Below are positions 9,043 through 20,323 of a DNA stretch of 64,000 nt, piece after piece. Source of the DNA: Bacteroidota bacterium (GTDB lineage Bacteria; Bacteroidota; Bacteroidia; AKYH767-A; OLB10); contig CP064983.1 in assembly GCA_016699635.1 (NCBI GenBank), positions 1,980,048 to 2,044,047 on the forward strand. Direction: 5' to 3'. Under the pieces are notes generated by a model. That model was given only the letters and a program-made list of their open reading frames with translations, was not told where the DNA came from and did not search any database. Position numbers and translations under genes: made by a program. Position 1 is the stretch's first letter. Every line of letters starts with the position of its first letter.

Positions 9043-12000
9043 ATGACAAAAACACAGTACAACAGTAAAGCAAAGTCTGCTTCATTCTGGAGGTGGATTA
9101 TGTGTTTCATGTTCCTGCTTGGAATATGGACTACGGGCGCACAAGCGCAAACAACAGTAGCGGTAGGTCCTACTACTGTATCAGCAAGTAGTTACTTCTA
9201 TGGACCTGTTTATAGGTCATCTGCATCTAGTACATTTCATTATTCAATGTACAGCTATATCTATAGTGCTTCGGAAATAGCGGCAGCAGGTATAGTAAGC
9301 GGAAGTTTTATTAATGACATCCAGTTTAATTTAAATGCAGCAGCTACATTAAGTGGTGCGCATACTGGAAATTTTGAAATCTGGATACAAAACAGCAGTG
9401 CAACAGATCAAACCTCAGGCACTTCTTGGTCCACAATAACAGGTACAGCAACGCAAGTAGTTGCGCAAACCTGGAATAACACAAATCCCGGTTCCGGTGG
9501 TTGGAAAACTTTTACTTTCAATTCACCTTTTGCGTACACAGGTCAATCATTAATTGTTTCTGTACGATGGGTATTAATCCCTTCAGGAGGATCACCTTAT
9601 GCAAGTGGTGCATTTAACTGGCAATATTATACGGGTCCATTAATAACACCTGCAGCAATTGGTGCAGCAAGTGGTTCAGCTCAATCGGGTAGCACTGCTT
9701 TAAGTACAGTATCATATGGTGGAAACAGACGTCCATTGACACAAATGTCTTATACAGCCGGCTCTCCTTGTTCAGGAACCCCAACTCCGGGTAATACAAA
9801 TTCTAATCCTACATCTGCTTGTGTTGGTCAAACAATATCATTATCACTGCAAAATCTAACTATGGGCTCAGGGGTAACTTATGATTGGCAAAACTCACCT
9901 GATGGTGTTACATGGACAAGTACAGGTGGTACATTACCAACTTATTCTACCACACAAGTTGCATCTACCTGGTATCAATGTGTTGTTACTTGTACAAACA
10001 GTGGATTAAGTACAACCTCCACTCCTGTTCAAGTTAGTATGAATCCATTTTATAGTTGCTATTGTGACCCAACTTATTCTTCTGGCACTGGATTTGGAGA
10101 TTATATTTCATTAGTGGCAATTCCAACAAGAACCTTAAATAATCCAACAACAGGAGCACCTTCACCTTACTTTACAGTCTATCCGCAATCAGGAAATACA
10201 ACATGTTCACTTGTAGCTGGTGCAAATTATACAATGAATGTTGCCGGTGGTACTTATTCATCTTGTTATATAAGAGGTTGGATTGATTATAATCAGGATG
10301 GTAATTTTGATGCATCAGAAACTATTGGCGTTTCTGGTAATGTTGGTTCACTAACCACTGGAAGTTTTAATTTTATTGTGCCGGTAACTGCTTTAACCGG
10401 TACTACCAGAATGAGAATACGTTCAAGTGATACTTCACCAGGGCCATCAAGTTCGCAAGTATGTGGAGCAGCCAATAGCACTTATGGTGAAGCAGAAGAT
10501 TATTTAATAACTTTATTAGCAGCAAATGCTTGTACAGGAACACCTGCAGCATCAGCAACTACAGCATCAGTAAGCGGAGTATGTTCAGGTGGTAATGTTG
10601 ATCTTGCAACAAACCCTGTCTATACCGATGGCGGCTTGACATTTGACTGGCAGAGTTCACCTGATGGAATTACTTATTCTTCAACAGGAGTTACAACACA
10701 GACTTACAATGTAACTGGATTTTCTGCAACAACATGGTATCAATGTGTTGTTACTTGTACAAACAGTGGATTAAGTACAACTTCAACTCCGGTACAGGTT
10801 TTATTGAATTCATTCTACAATTGTTATTGTGCATCTATTGCTACATATACAGGCGATGAAGATATATTTAACGTAACATTCGGAACATTAAATAACACTT
10901 CAACATGTTCAAGTACCGGTCCCGGTGTCGGCTCTGTGAACCAGCGTTATGCAAACTATGCCAGTGGCACAGGAGCACCGGCTGCACCTAATGTTATCAA
11001 GGGTTCAACCGTACCTTTCTCTGTTCAGATAGGTACTTGCGGAAGCAACTACAGTAACATGACCAAAATTTACATTGACTGGAATCAAAATGGTTCTTAT
11101 GCCGATGCCGGAGAAGAAGTTTATGTTTCTCCAACATATACAAGTGGTCCACACACAGAAACCGGAAATATTTTAATCCCGATGACTGCTGTTGCCGGAA
11201 CTACAGGAATGCGTGTAATTACAGTTGAAACAACTTCTGCCTCAAGCATTACGCCTTGTGGTTCCTATGGATGGGGCGAAACAGAAGATTATTTGGTTAA
11301 TGTTATTCAACCTGTACCATGTAGCGGGGCACCTGCACCGGGTTTAACTGTTGCAAGTGTAAATCCTGCATGTTTGGTTAATCCTTTAGTTTTAAGTCTG
11401 CAAAATCCAATGACCGATGTAGGATTAACATTTAATTGGTTAACTTCTCCTGATGGTGTTACCTGGTCTTCTACAGGTGTAACAACTTCAACATTGACAG
11501 TTAATCAGTCAGCAGCTACTTATTACATGTGTGTTGTTACATGTACCAATTCAGGGCAATCAGGAAACTCTACTGCATTATTGGTTAACCAAACGGTTTG
11601 TTATTGTGAAACTCCTGTATATAGCTACAATTCAGGCTACAATATGTGTACTTATTATGATTATATTGGAAATGTAACATTTGCAGGTATTAATAACACT
11701 ACTGTCTGCGATAATACGCCTCCATATTATAATTATTATTCATCACAAACAGCAACGGTTAACAGAACAGGAAGTTATCAGGTAACAATTTCTGCAACAG
11801 CCGGTGGCGCATCATTCCAATTGTATAAAGTTTATATTGACTACAATGACAATGGTAGCTTTGATGATGCAGGTGAAATGGTTTACACTTCAGGTTTCAT
11901 CAGTACTGCAACTAACTTTACTCAGGGAAATATTGTTATTCCAATGACTGCTCCATTAGGTACACACCGTATGAGAGTTAGATCAACAAATCCATTAAAT

Positions 12001-15000
12001 ACAAACATTGATGCCAATTCTTGTTCGGATGATGGTTATCTTGGTGAAGTAGAGGATTATAATATTGTAGTTAATCCTGCACCTCCTTGTAGCGGTACAC
12101 CGGCACCGGGTGCTACATTATCTGATAAAGCACTTGTTTGTTCATCTACAACAATTAACCTGAGTTTGCAGAACGCTACTCCGGGTACAGGTGTAACTTA
12201 TCAATGGCAGTCAGCAGTTGATGTTGCATTTACCACTCCGGTAAATTTGGGTACAGCTGCAACACAAACAGCAACACAAACAGCAACAACATATTATCGT
12301 TGTCTTGTAACTTGTAGTGGTAACACCGGAATTTCAACTCCGGTATTAGCAACATCAACAACTGCATGTTACTGCACCAATCCCACAACCGGTAGTGATG
12401 GTTGTGCTCTTGGTTTGTATATCAACAATGTAACTTTTGCAGGTATAAACAATACCAGTGGTTGTTTTAGTGCAGTACCATATACAACACCATTCTATAG
12501 CTTCTTCCCAACCCAGTTGGCAACAGCGCAACAAGGTAATACCTATGCTTTCTCTGCTTCTGCACCAAACAATCCCGGCTCATACTATCAATGGTATGGT
12601 GTTTGGATTGATTATAATGACAACGGAAGTTTTGACGATGCCGGTGAATTGGTGTTGTCAAGTATTGCAGGAGCTTCAACAACCAATAATCAACTTACAG
12701 GAAATATTACCATTCCTTTAACTGCTACAGCTGGTCAACACCTGATGCGTGTTAGAACCGGTAATGTATCAGTTGCAATCAATTCATGTTCTGACAACTC
12801 TGTAAGTGGTGAAGTAGAAGATTATCTGATTGATATTATTGCAGCTCCACAGTGTTCAACGCCTGCACCGGGTAATACAATAGCATCAGCTACTTCTGTA
12901 TGTGCAAATGAGAACTTGGATTTGAGTTTGCAGAATAATAATATCGCATTAGGTTTATCTTATCAATGGCAGGTATCTACAGTTGGTGCCAGCGGACCAT
13001 GGACAAATGTGGGTACAAACGCAAATACCTATACTGCAACACAATCGGTTGCCTCCTGGTATCAGTGTATTGTTAGTTGTTCTTATACAAGTATTTCTAC
13101 TACTTCTACACCTGTTGGTGTAACAATGAATTCTGTTGCCAGTTGTTATTGTGTAGCAGGAGCTTCTATAGATGGTTGTGGAACAGGTAATGAGTATGTG
13201 AGTAATGTAACATTTAACACAATCAATAACACATCAACATGTTCTGGTGTTGCACTGCAGTATCAGGATTTCACAGCAATTTCAACGAATGTTCAGGCTG
13301 GTCAATCTTATACAGCTTCTGTAATGATTACAAACTATTTCTCAAGTGATCAGGCAACAGTTTGGATTGACTTTAATCAGAACGGATCCTTTGCAGATGC
13401 AGGTGAGCAGTTTAATCTTTCAGGCGGTGCATCTGGTGTAGCATTTACAGGAAGTATAACTATTCCCGGAAATGCAGTTACAGGAGTAACAAGAATGAGA
13501 GTTCGCGGAAATTATTCCGGTGCAATGAACCCATGTGGTATTACATCTTATGGTGAAGTAGAAGACTATAGTCTGAATATTACACCACCGGTATGTATTT
13601 TTGCACCAACTTATCCTGCAGATGCAGGAAGTGCATGTCCTGATGCCATTACCAATACAGTTCAGTTAAGCTGGCCATCTTTACCTGCAGCTACAGGTTA
13701 TGACGTGTATTTCGGCACAAACAATCCTCCAACAACAGTTGTATCTCCAAATCAGCCGGGTTTAACTTATGTTGCTAACGTAACTAGTGGAACACAGTAT
13801 TACTGGATGATAGTACCACAAATGCCGGGCGGAGGAACCTCATGTAGCGTATGGTCATTTACAGTATCACCACCACCTATGCCTATAGCAAGTTCAGGAG
13901 GCGATGTGTGTGAGGGCAGTGACATCTTCTTGTCGGCAGACAATGTAGATCCCGGTCAGTTAACGGGCAACACCTATTCATGGACGTATCTCAATAGCTT
14001 TAGCAGCGCCTTACAAAATCCATCTATCAACAGCCCAAGCGCAGCCTATAGTGGCACCTATTCAGTAATAGTAACGAATCAGTATGGCTGTACGGCAAGT
14101 GCAAGCACCAGCCTGAGTGTAAACCCAAATCCAACGATAACAATAGATTCAGTACAGAATGTAAGTTGTTTAGGCGGCAGTGATGGTATTATTTACGTAT
14201 CAGGATCAGGAGGCTTAGCACCCTATAGCTTCACGTCAGATTTTGTGAACTTTAACGCAACAGGAGTGATGAATAATTTGCCTACAGGGTCAAGTATTAT
14301 TTATGCTGCAGATGGCAATGCCTGTCAGGCACAGATAACGGGTAATTTAACAGCGATAAGCACGGCACCACCATCACAATCGGTAGTTGTAACACCAACG
14401 ATTATAGGCATGCCAGCCTATGCCTGTCCGGGTACTACGGCAAACTTAAGCATACCTGCAGTTCCCGGTGCAACGAAGTATATCTGGGATGGCCCATTCG
14501 GTACCTTCTTTAATGGTAATCCGATGAACCAGTCGCCATATACAACAACAACACCAAGTGTGCAGATAACGTTCAGTTCATCAACAACATCGTTTGTAAA
14601 TGTAGGAGTACAGGCAGCCAATGGCTGCGGAGCATCACTGCGTAAGATCCAGAAGGTTAGATATCAGATAAGCACCCCAAAGGAGATTACCGGAGCAACA
14701 ACAATGTGTGCCAGCACTAATGGAACATATACGATAGCCCCTGTAACAGATGCCACAAGTTATCAGTGGATGATAACAGGCAATGCCACAGTAGTGCCCA
14801 GTGGCACCTCAGCAGTAGTGTTCTTTGGCCCAAGCTGGAATGGAGGCACGTTATGCGTAGCAGCCAAGACACCATGCTATACTACAGCGTATAAGTGTAT
14901 AGCCATAAGTAAGTCGGCCTCAGCATTGAATGCTATCACTGGTCCATTGTCATCATGTCCAAACGAGGTACAGACCTTTAATGTACTACCATGTACAGGA

Positions 15001-15955
15001 GCAGCGAGCTACAACTGGACGTTACCGGCAGGAGCTACCGGCAGTTCATCAACAAACAGCATCACAGCCACGTTTGGTCCAACGTTTACAGCAGGTGGCA
15101 ACATCTGTGTAAGTGTTACAAGCATCTGTGGAGTAACCTCAACACCTAAGTGCAGAACGGTAGCTCAAGGCTTGCCATCAGTACCGACAAGCATCAGTGG
15201 CATCACCAATGGATTGTGTAATCAGAGTGTGAACTACACAGTACCATCATCTCCAGGCGTTACGTATAATTGGACAGCACCCGGCACAGTAATAGGTAAT
15301 GGCAACAGTTCCGTAAGTGTTACTTATGGAGCATTAACAACAGGTCAGTTGTGTGTAACAGCGAGCAACAGTTGTGGCACAAGTGCAGCAAGATGTACAC
15401 CACTGAAGGGAAAGCTCAAACTCACCGATTGCATTAACAGCCATACCTGCAAGCTGGTGTGCCAATACACAGGGCATAGAGTTTACAGCAGACTTAGGTA
15501 ACACAACAGGTTCTTATACATTATCATGGGGCTATCCATCGGCACCAACGGCAAGTTATGTAGCAGGTGGAGGAAACTCCAATGCACTAACGTTGGATTG
15601 GGGCACAGGCAATGGCTCGGTAGTAGTAACAGCGACAAACAGTTGCGGAGCAGGCTCCAAAGCTTTTGCAGTGACCATAGGATGTAAAGAAGGTGAGATG
15701 GCAAAAGCCAATCAGTTAAATGTATATCCAAACCCAACAGCAGGCGTGTTGAATGTAGAATACACAGCAGAGAAGGGCACAGCACAGGTAACAGTGCTAG
15801 ACCTTAGCGGCCGTGTAGTAATGACACAGACACATGCCAATGCAGCAGGACAAAACACATTACAACTAGATCTGAGCAAGGTAGCTAAAGGAGCGTACAT
15901 GTTGAATGTACAAACCAATGGCAGCAACAATCAGGTGAGAGTGGTAGTGGAGTGA
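9043..15955 (+). CDS. T9SS type-A cargo protein, ~2300 aa: 5 GEVED domains, FN3-like, SprB-type repeat, PKD-like cassette, CTD (frameshift ~15410-15420)
   Basis: Five GE(A/T/V)EDY motifs; SCLGGSDG…GGLAPY SprB-like repeat. After the shift the frame reads NSPIALTAIPASWCANT…, homologous to gene 4872-8590, through to the CTD. Confidence 0.88.
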
Positions 15956-15976
15956 TTTTTGGTTAAATAAATTGCT

Positions 15977-16010
15977 AAGGGGCAGTGCGAAAGCACTGCC
16001 CCTTATTTTG
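15977..16010 (+). terminator. Intrinsic terminator (GAAA loop)
   Basis: Perfect AAGGGGCAGTGC-GAAA-GCACTGCCCCTT hairpin. Confidence 0.85.
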
Positions 16011-16022
16011 CCTTATACTTTA

Positions 16023-16547
16023 ATGATGAATGATAGAATAAAAATATTAAAGGCAAATTTGAATGATACAACAGCATTATCAGTGATAGCTGCAACTACT
16101 TTTTATGATACTTATGGTGCTTACAATAAGCAGGAAACGATACAACGTTATATAGATAAATGGTTCAGCACTTCGCAAATGTGTAAGGAGTTATCAGATG
16201 ATAGAATAATTTATTATCTTGTTTACGATCAACAACAACTTTCCGGCTATATAAAATTACAATTTGTAAACCCACATCAAAATAGTGATTTAAATGGCGT
16301 GGAGTTGAGCAGACTTTATTTGTTGAAACAATGGCATGGCAGTGGCGTTTCCGAAGTCATGTTGAATCATTGCTATAAGATTGCTGAAGAGTTGAAGCAG
16401 GATGCAATTTGGTTGTCTGTGTGGGAAAAGAATAATAGAGCAATACGTTTTTATGAAAAACATGGATTTGTTAAGAAAGGCAATCTGATATTTAAGATGG
16501 ATGATGAAGACCAAAATGATTTTTTAATGGTAAAACATCTGATTTAA
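16023..16547 (+). CDS. GNAT N-acetyltransferase (PaiA-like)
   Basis: ELSRLYLL..WHGSGV, IWLSVWEKNNRAIRFYEKHGF; start placed after the upstream terminator. Confidence 0.85.
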   Translation: MMNDRIKILKANLNDTTALSVIAATTFYDTYGAYNKQETIQRYIDKWFSTSQMCKELSDDRIIYYLVYDQQQLSGYIKLQFVNPHQNSDLNGVELSRLYLLKQWHGSGVSEVMLNHCYKIAEELKQDAIWLSVWEKNNRAIRFYEKHGFVKKGNLIFKMDDEDQNDFLMVKHLI

Positions 16548-16642
16548 AATGTAATATTCCTTCGTAATAAATAGTTTCTGCGCAAACTGAAGATATATAT
16601 TGTAATTGAATAGGTTTATTGTAAATACATATTATTTGAATT

Positions 16643-16670
16643 AACCGCTTCCTACTGGCAGGAAGCGGTT
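16643..16670 (-). terminator. Terminator hairpin
   Basis: AACCGCTTCCT / AGGAAGCGGTT stem between convergent genes. Confidence 0.7.
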
Positions 16671-16671
16671 T

Positions 16672-17562
16672 TTATATTTCTAATAAAGAGAGAAGAGTTT
16701 CTATTTCATTTGATTTCTCTGTCAGACCCGATTTGTTGAATGAAAAATTTAAATTGTGTAATATTCGTCTGACGATATCTGTATTACTGCAAGGTGTAAT
16801 AAATTTTTTATCAGGCTGAAGTCTTAATTTTTTCAGGTATAGATCAATTTCATTTTTACCGAATACAGAGCCTCTGCTGAACGCATTGATAAAAAACAAA
16901 ATATTTTCTTCCGGAAAAGCATACTCAGCAAATTTATCTTTATTTAATGTTTGATAACACAATACAAAATGCTCCGGTAGGTTTACACCATAAATGGGAA
17001 TGTCAAGATCCTGAGCAACGATAGAATAAATTACGCTCAGTAAAATAGGATTGCCTCTTTTGCTTTCAATAACTGTATTGATAAATGAGTTCTGAGGTGA
17101 GTGAAAATTGGCTGTGTTGCCATTAAAACCAAATTCTACGAATAGAACCTGATTCAGAATTCTGACTTGTTCTAAAGGCGTGTCGTTAGGTTGAAGATCA
17201 TCCCAAACACGTCTTCTTACTTCGCTAAAAAATGCTCTGATGGCGTCCTCGTCTAAGTCGGGATATTGATAACGTGCAACAGTTATTAAACCGGCAAGTA
17301 AGTTTTTTTGGTTATGTTCTTTCCAGTTTTTTAATTCTGATTTTACAGATTCAAACTGAATTTTATGTACAATGTTTTCAATTCGCGATTGTAACAGGGC
17401 ATCAAGTGACTGACTCCATTTTTCTTCTAACAATGGAATAGCAGGTTTGCCTATCTCCAAAAAATGATTCAGAAGCGATTCATAAACCGTTTCATCTTCA
17501 TCGTCAAGAAGACTAATCATGGCATGCAACTCCTGATTGTTTGGTTTTTGATTTTCTGTCAT
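16672..17562 (-). CDS. SirB1/transglutaminase-like domain protein
   Basis: GFNGNTANFHSPQNSFIN.V..KRGNPILLSVIY, GVNLPEHF motifs. Confidence 0.85.
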   Translation of the reverse strand: MTENQKPNNQELHAMISLLDDEDETVYESLLNHFLEIGKPAIPLLEEKWSQSLDALLQSRIENIVHKIQFESVKSELKNWKEHNQKNLLAGLITVARYQYPDLDEDAIRAFFSEVRRRVWDDLQPNDTPLEQVRILNQVLFVEFGFNGNTANFHSPQNSFINTVIESKRGNPILLSVIYSIVAQDLDIPIYGVNLPEHFVLCYQTLNKDKFAEYAFPEENILFFINAFSRGSVFGKNEIDLYLKKLRLQPDKKFITPCSNTDIVRRILHNLNFSFNKSGLTEKSNEIETLLSLLEI

Positions 17563-17683
17563 TAGTGCAAAGTTAAGCCAGAGCGAATACAATATTACAA
17601 CGCAGAAATGAAATGTTTAATATTTTAAGCAACGTTTTTAACATCACATGTTAAACTTTACCTATGCTGATGATACTAAAACC

Positions 17684-17691
17684 TACCTTTG
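17684..17691 (+). promoter_or_regulatory. -7 promoter element TACCTTTG
   Basis: Exact TAnnTTTG 19 nt before ATG 17710. Confidence 0.6.
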
Positions 17692-17709
17692 CGGCAAAAT
17701 AAATTTTCA

Positions 17710-18843
17710 ATGAAAGGTCAGGAGACGTTTTTTATCAGTTGTGCGCCACATGTTGTACCCTGGTTAAAGCAGGAATTGGATGACTTAGGTTACATGCCTT
17801 TTGAGGAAAACTATACAGGGTTATTTATTAAAGCACCCTTTGAAAAGTGTATGGAGCTAAACTTTCAACTCACCACAGCCAGCAGGGTACTTTGGCTAGT
17901 TGATAAATTTACTGCAACAGATCAGAAGCAACTTTATAATAAACTTAGCCGCATCAGATGGTCTGATTATTTTTCAGAAAAAAAGTACATCACCATTACT
18001 TCGCAAACTAATCATCCGTCAATAAACAACAGTATGTTTCTGAATCAGCTTTGTAAAGATGCAGTGGTTGATTTTTTTCAAAGTCATTATAATATACGCC
18101 CCGACTCAGGACCATTACGTAGTGAAGTGGTTATTCATCTGCATTGGCAGGAAAATAAGGCATGGGTATATCTCGACACCTCCGGTGAGCAATTAAATAA
18201 ACATGGTTACCGTCAGAATCCATTTAAAGCACCGGTGCAAGAAAATCTGGCAGCAGCAATTATCAAAGCAACAGCGTGGGATAAAAAATGTACATTTATT
18301 AACCCCATGTGTGGTAGTGGCACCTTTGCAATTGAAGCAGCAATGATGGCCGGAAATAAATTGCCACTATTGTCAAGATCAAATTTTGGATACATGCACT
18401 TATTCGATTTTAATAAGAAAAAATTTGAGTTGCTTCGTAGCGAACTTGCATTGAAAAGTAATTTTGAAAACATGCCTGCAATCATTGCATCGGATAATAA
18501 TGGATATGCAATAAAAGCCACACGCGAAAATGCAGAACGTGCCGGTGTTGATGCTTTTATTGAAATGACTAAATGTGATTTTACAGAAACCTCAATTCCT
18601 GATGGCAACGGTGTAATAGTAATTAATCCGCCTTATGGTGAACGGTTGGGTGAGAATATAGATTTGGAAGCTCTTTATAAATCAATTGGAGATTTTTTCA
18701 AGCAGCAATGTAAAGGAAAGACAGGTTTTATCTTTACGGGCGATCTTAATCTTGCTAAAAAGGTGGGACTGCGAACTTCAGCACGCATTCCATTCTACAA
18801 TGGAACTATTGAGTGCCGCTTGCTGAAATATGATTTGTATTAA
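17710..18843 (+). CDS. THUMP-domain rRNA methyltransferase (RlmL/RlmKL-like)
   Basis: DTSGEQLNKHGYR, APVQENLAAA, NPMCGSGT, NPPYGERL. Confidence 0.88.
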   Translation: MKGQETFFISCAPHVVPWLKQELDDLGYMPFEENYTGLFIKAPFEKCMELNFQLTTASRVLWLVDKFTATDQKQLYNKLSRIRWSDYFSEKKYITITSQTNHPSINNSMFLNQLCKDAVVDFFQSHYNIRPDSGPLRSEVVIHLHWQENKAWVYLDTSGEQLNKHGYRQNPFKAPVQENLAAAIIKATAWDKKCTFINPMCGSGTFAIEAAMMAGNKLPLLSRSNFGYMHLFDFNKKKFELLRSELALKSNFENMPAIIASDNNGYAIKATRENAERAGVDAFIEMTKCDFTETSIPDGNGVIVINPPYGERLGENIDLEALYKSIGDFFKQQCKGKTGFIFTGDLNLAKKVGLRTSARIPFYNGTIECRLLKYDLY

Positions 18844-18845
18844 AA

Positions 18846-19463
18846 TCAAGAGATTGCTCTTATCTTAACTTTATCTTTCAAAAGATAATTTCCGTTTATT
18901 GCTTTTAGAAACTGATCAGAAAAAGTTTTTTTTGCTTTTACTACTAAAGTTAAAGTGTTTGCAGTAGAGGTTTGTGTAAACGTTGCTTTATGTTGTTTTA
19001 CTATTTTCATCACCTCTGCCATTTCTTCAAACGACATTTGAAGTTCGAACTCCTCTTCAATATCTTTTTCAATAATTGTATTTTGTTCTATTGTTGCTTC
19101 TGCAGCACTTCTGTAAGCTTGTATCAAGCCGGGCACACCAAGTAAAGTACCACCAAAATAGCGGACAACAACAATAAGAATATTTGTTAAGTCATTGGAT
19201 TGGATTACTGCATAAATAGGACGACCGGCAGTGTTGGAAGGCTCTCTGTCATCATTCCAGCGAAAAATATTTTTATAAGGTCCTAAACGATAAGCATAAC
19301 AATGATGATTGGCTTTTGGATGTTCTTTTTTTATTTGTTCAAGAACAGACTTACATTCACTTTCCTTTTCAACATAGTAGGCAAAAGCTAGAAACCTGCT
19401 GCCTTTATCTCTGAAAACGCCTTCAGAATAACCAACGATTGTTTTATAGCTCGTTTCAAACAT
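18846..19463 (-). CDS. yigZ: YigZ/IMPACT family protein
   Basis: KGSRF, ANHHCYAYR, DDREPSNTAGRPI, VVRYFGGTLLGVPGLIQAY. Confidence 0.9.
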   Translation of the reverse strand: MFETSYKTIVGYSEGVFRDKGSRFLAFAYYVEKESECKSVLEQIKKEHPKANHHCYAYRLGPYKNIFRWNDDREPSNTAGRPIYAVIQSNDLTNILIVVVRYFGGTLLGVPGLIQAYRSAAEATIEQNTIIEKDIEEEFELQMSFEEMAEVMKIVKQHKATFTQTSTANTLTLVVKAKKTFSDQFLKAINGNYLLKDKVKIRAIS

Positions 19464-20323
19464 TTATTGCGACAATATAATAATTGCTACGACTGCAAGT
19501 GCAACACCAACCCAACTTTGTGTATTTTTCTTTTCTTGAAATAAAATAATTGAAAGTAAAAAGTTTAACAATACAACACCTGAGTTAATTAAAATAAATG
19601 CTTTACCACTGTCCTCATGAAATTCCTGAAGTGCAGCAACCATATAATAAAGAGAAATGAAATTAAAGATACCTAAAATAATTCCTGCTATGATATTTCG
19701 GAAAAGGCTTCCTTCTTTGGGCATATTTTACTGAAGAAAAGAACACAACTGCCAATTATTGCAGCAGAAAAAAATACTAATGTGAAGAAGCCACTACTGC
19801 CTGCATTGTCTGTAAAAACATGTTGTGTGTATTTTATTGAAGAATCAACAAGACCGGCACCTGCAAATACCAATAATGGTAATGTCCATCCGGATTCTGA
19901 TGATTCATTGTTACTGCCTCTTGCTGATAAATATACTGCTGATAGCGCCATTAATAGGCCGATAGTTTTCAGAAAAGAAAAAGTTTCATTGTACAGGAAA
20001 ACAGCCAGCAGTGCAGGTATAACTAAAGACATTTTGCTGGCAATAGTTGTTGAAGCAACACCATTCTTTTGTGAAGATAAAGCAGTAAGGTAAAATACAC
20101 CAATAAACAAACTCCCACTCAGAAGGTAATAGGGGAAATAGCTTGCTGCAAACCCTGAAATTGAACTGTAGGTTTGTTTTGAATATAAGGTATAACAAAT
20201 ACCGGCCGTAAAATAATTAAATGTTAGTCCGTGAATGTTGCTGACTTTAAAACGATCGAATAGTTTAAGTATGACAAAGAGGAGTGAGGCAAACAGTACA
20301 GCCATGAAAACAGTAACTGTCAT
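19464..20323 (-). CDS. EamA/DMT-family transporter (frameshift in A-run ~19725)
   Basis: About 10 hydrophobic segments across the two ORFs; one extra A joins them (FFSKNMPKEG). Confidence 0.8.

Noticed and set aside
6031-15930. Antisense and alternate-frame ORFs inside the giant genes, uvrA and others
   Set aside because: They overlap well-supported genes, have no recognisable motifs, and arise from biased codon composition.
8351-15955. Diversity-generating retroelement or shufflon acting on the repeated C-termini
   Set aside because: No reverse transcriptase or recombinase in the window; differences are synonymous and not adenine-specific; repeats are direct and both within full genes.
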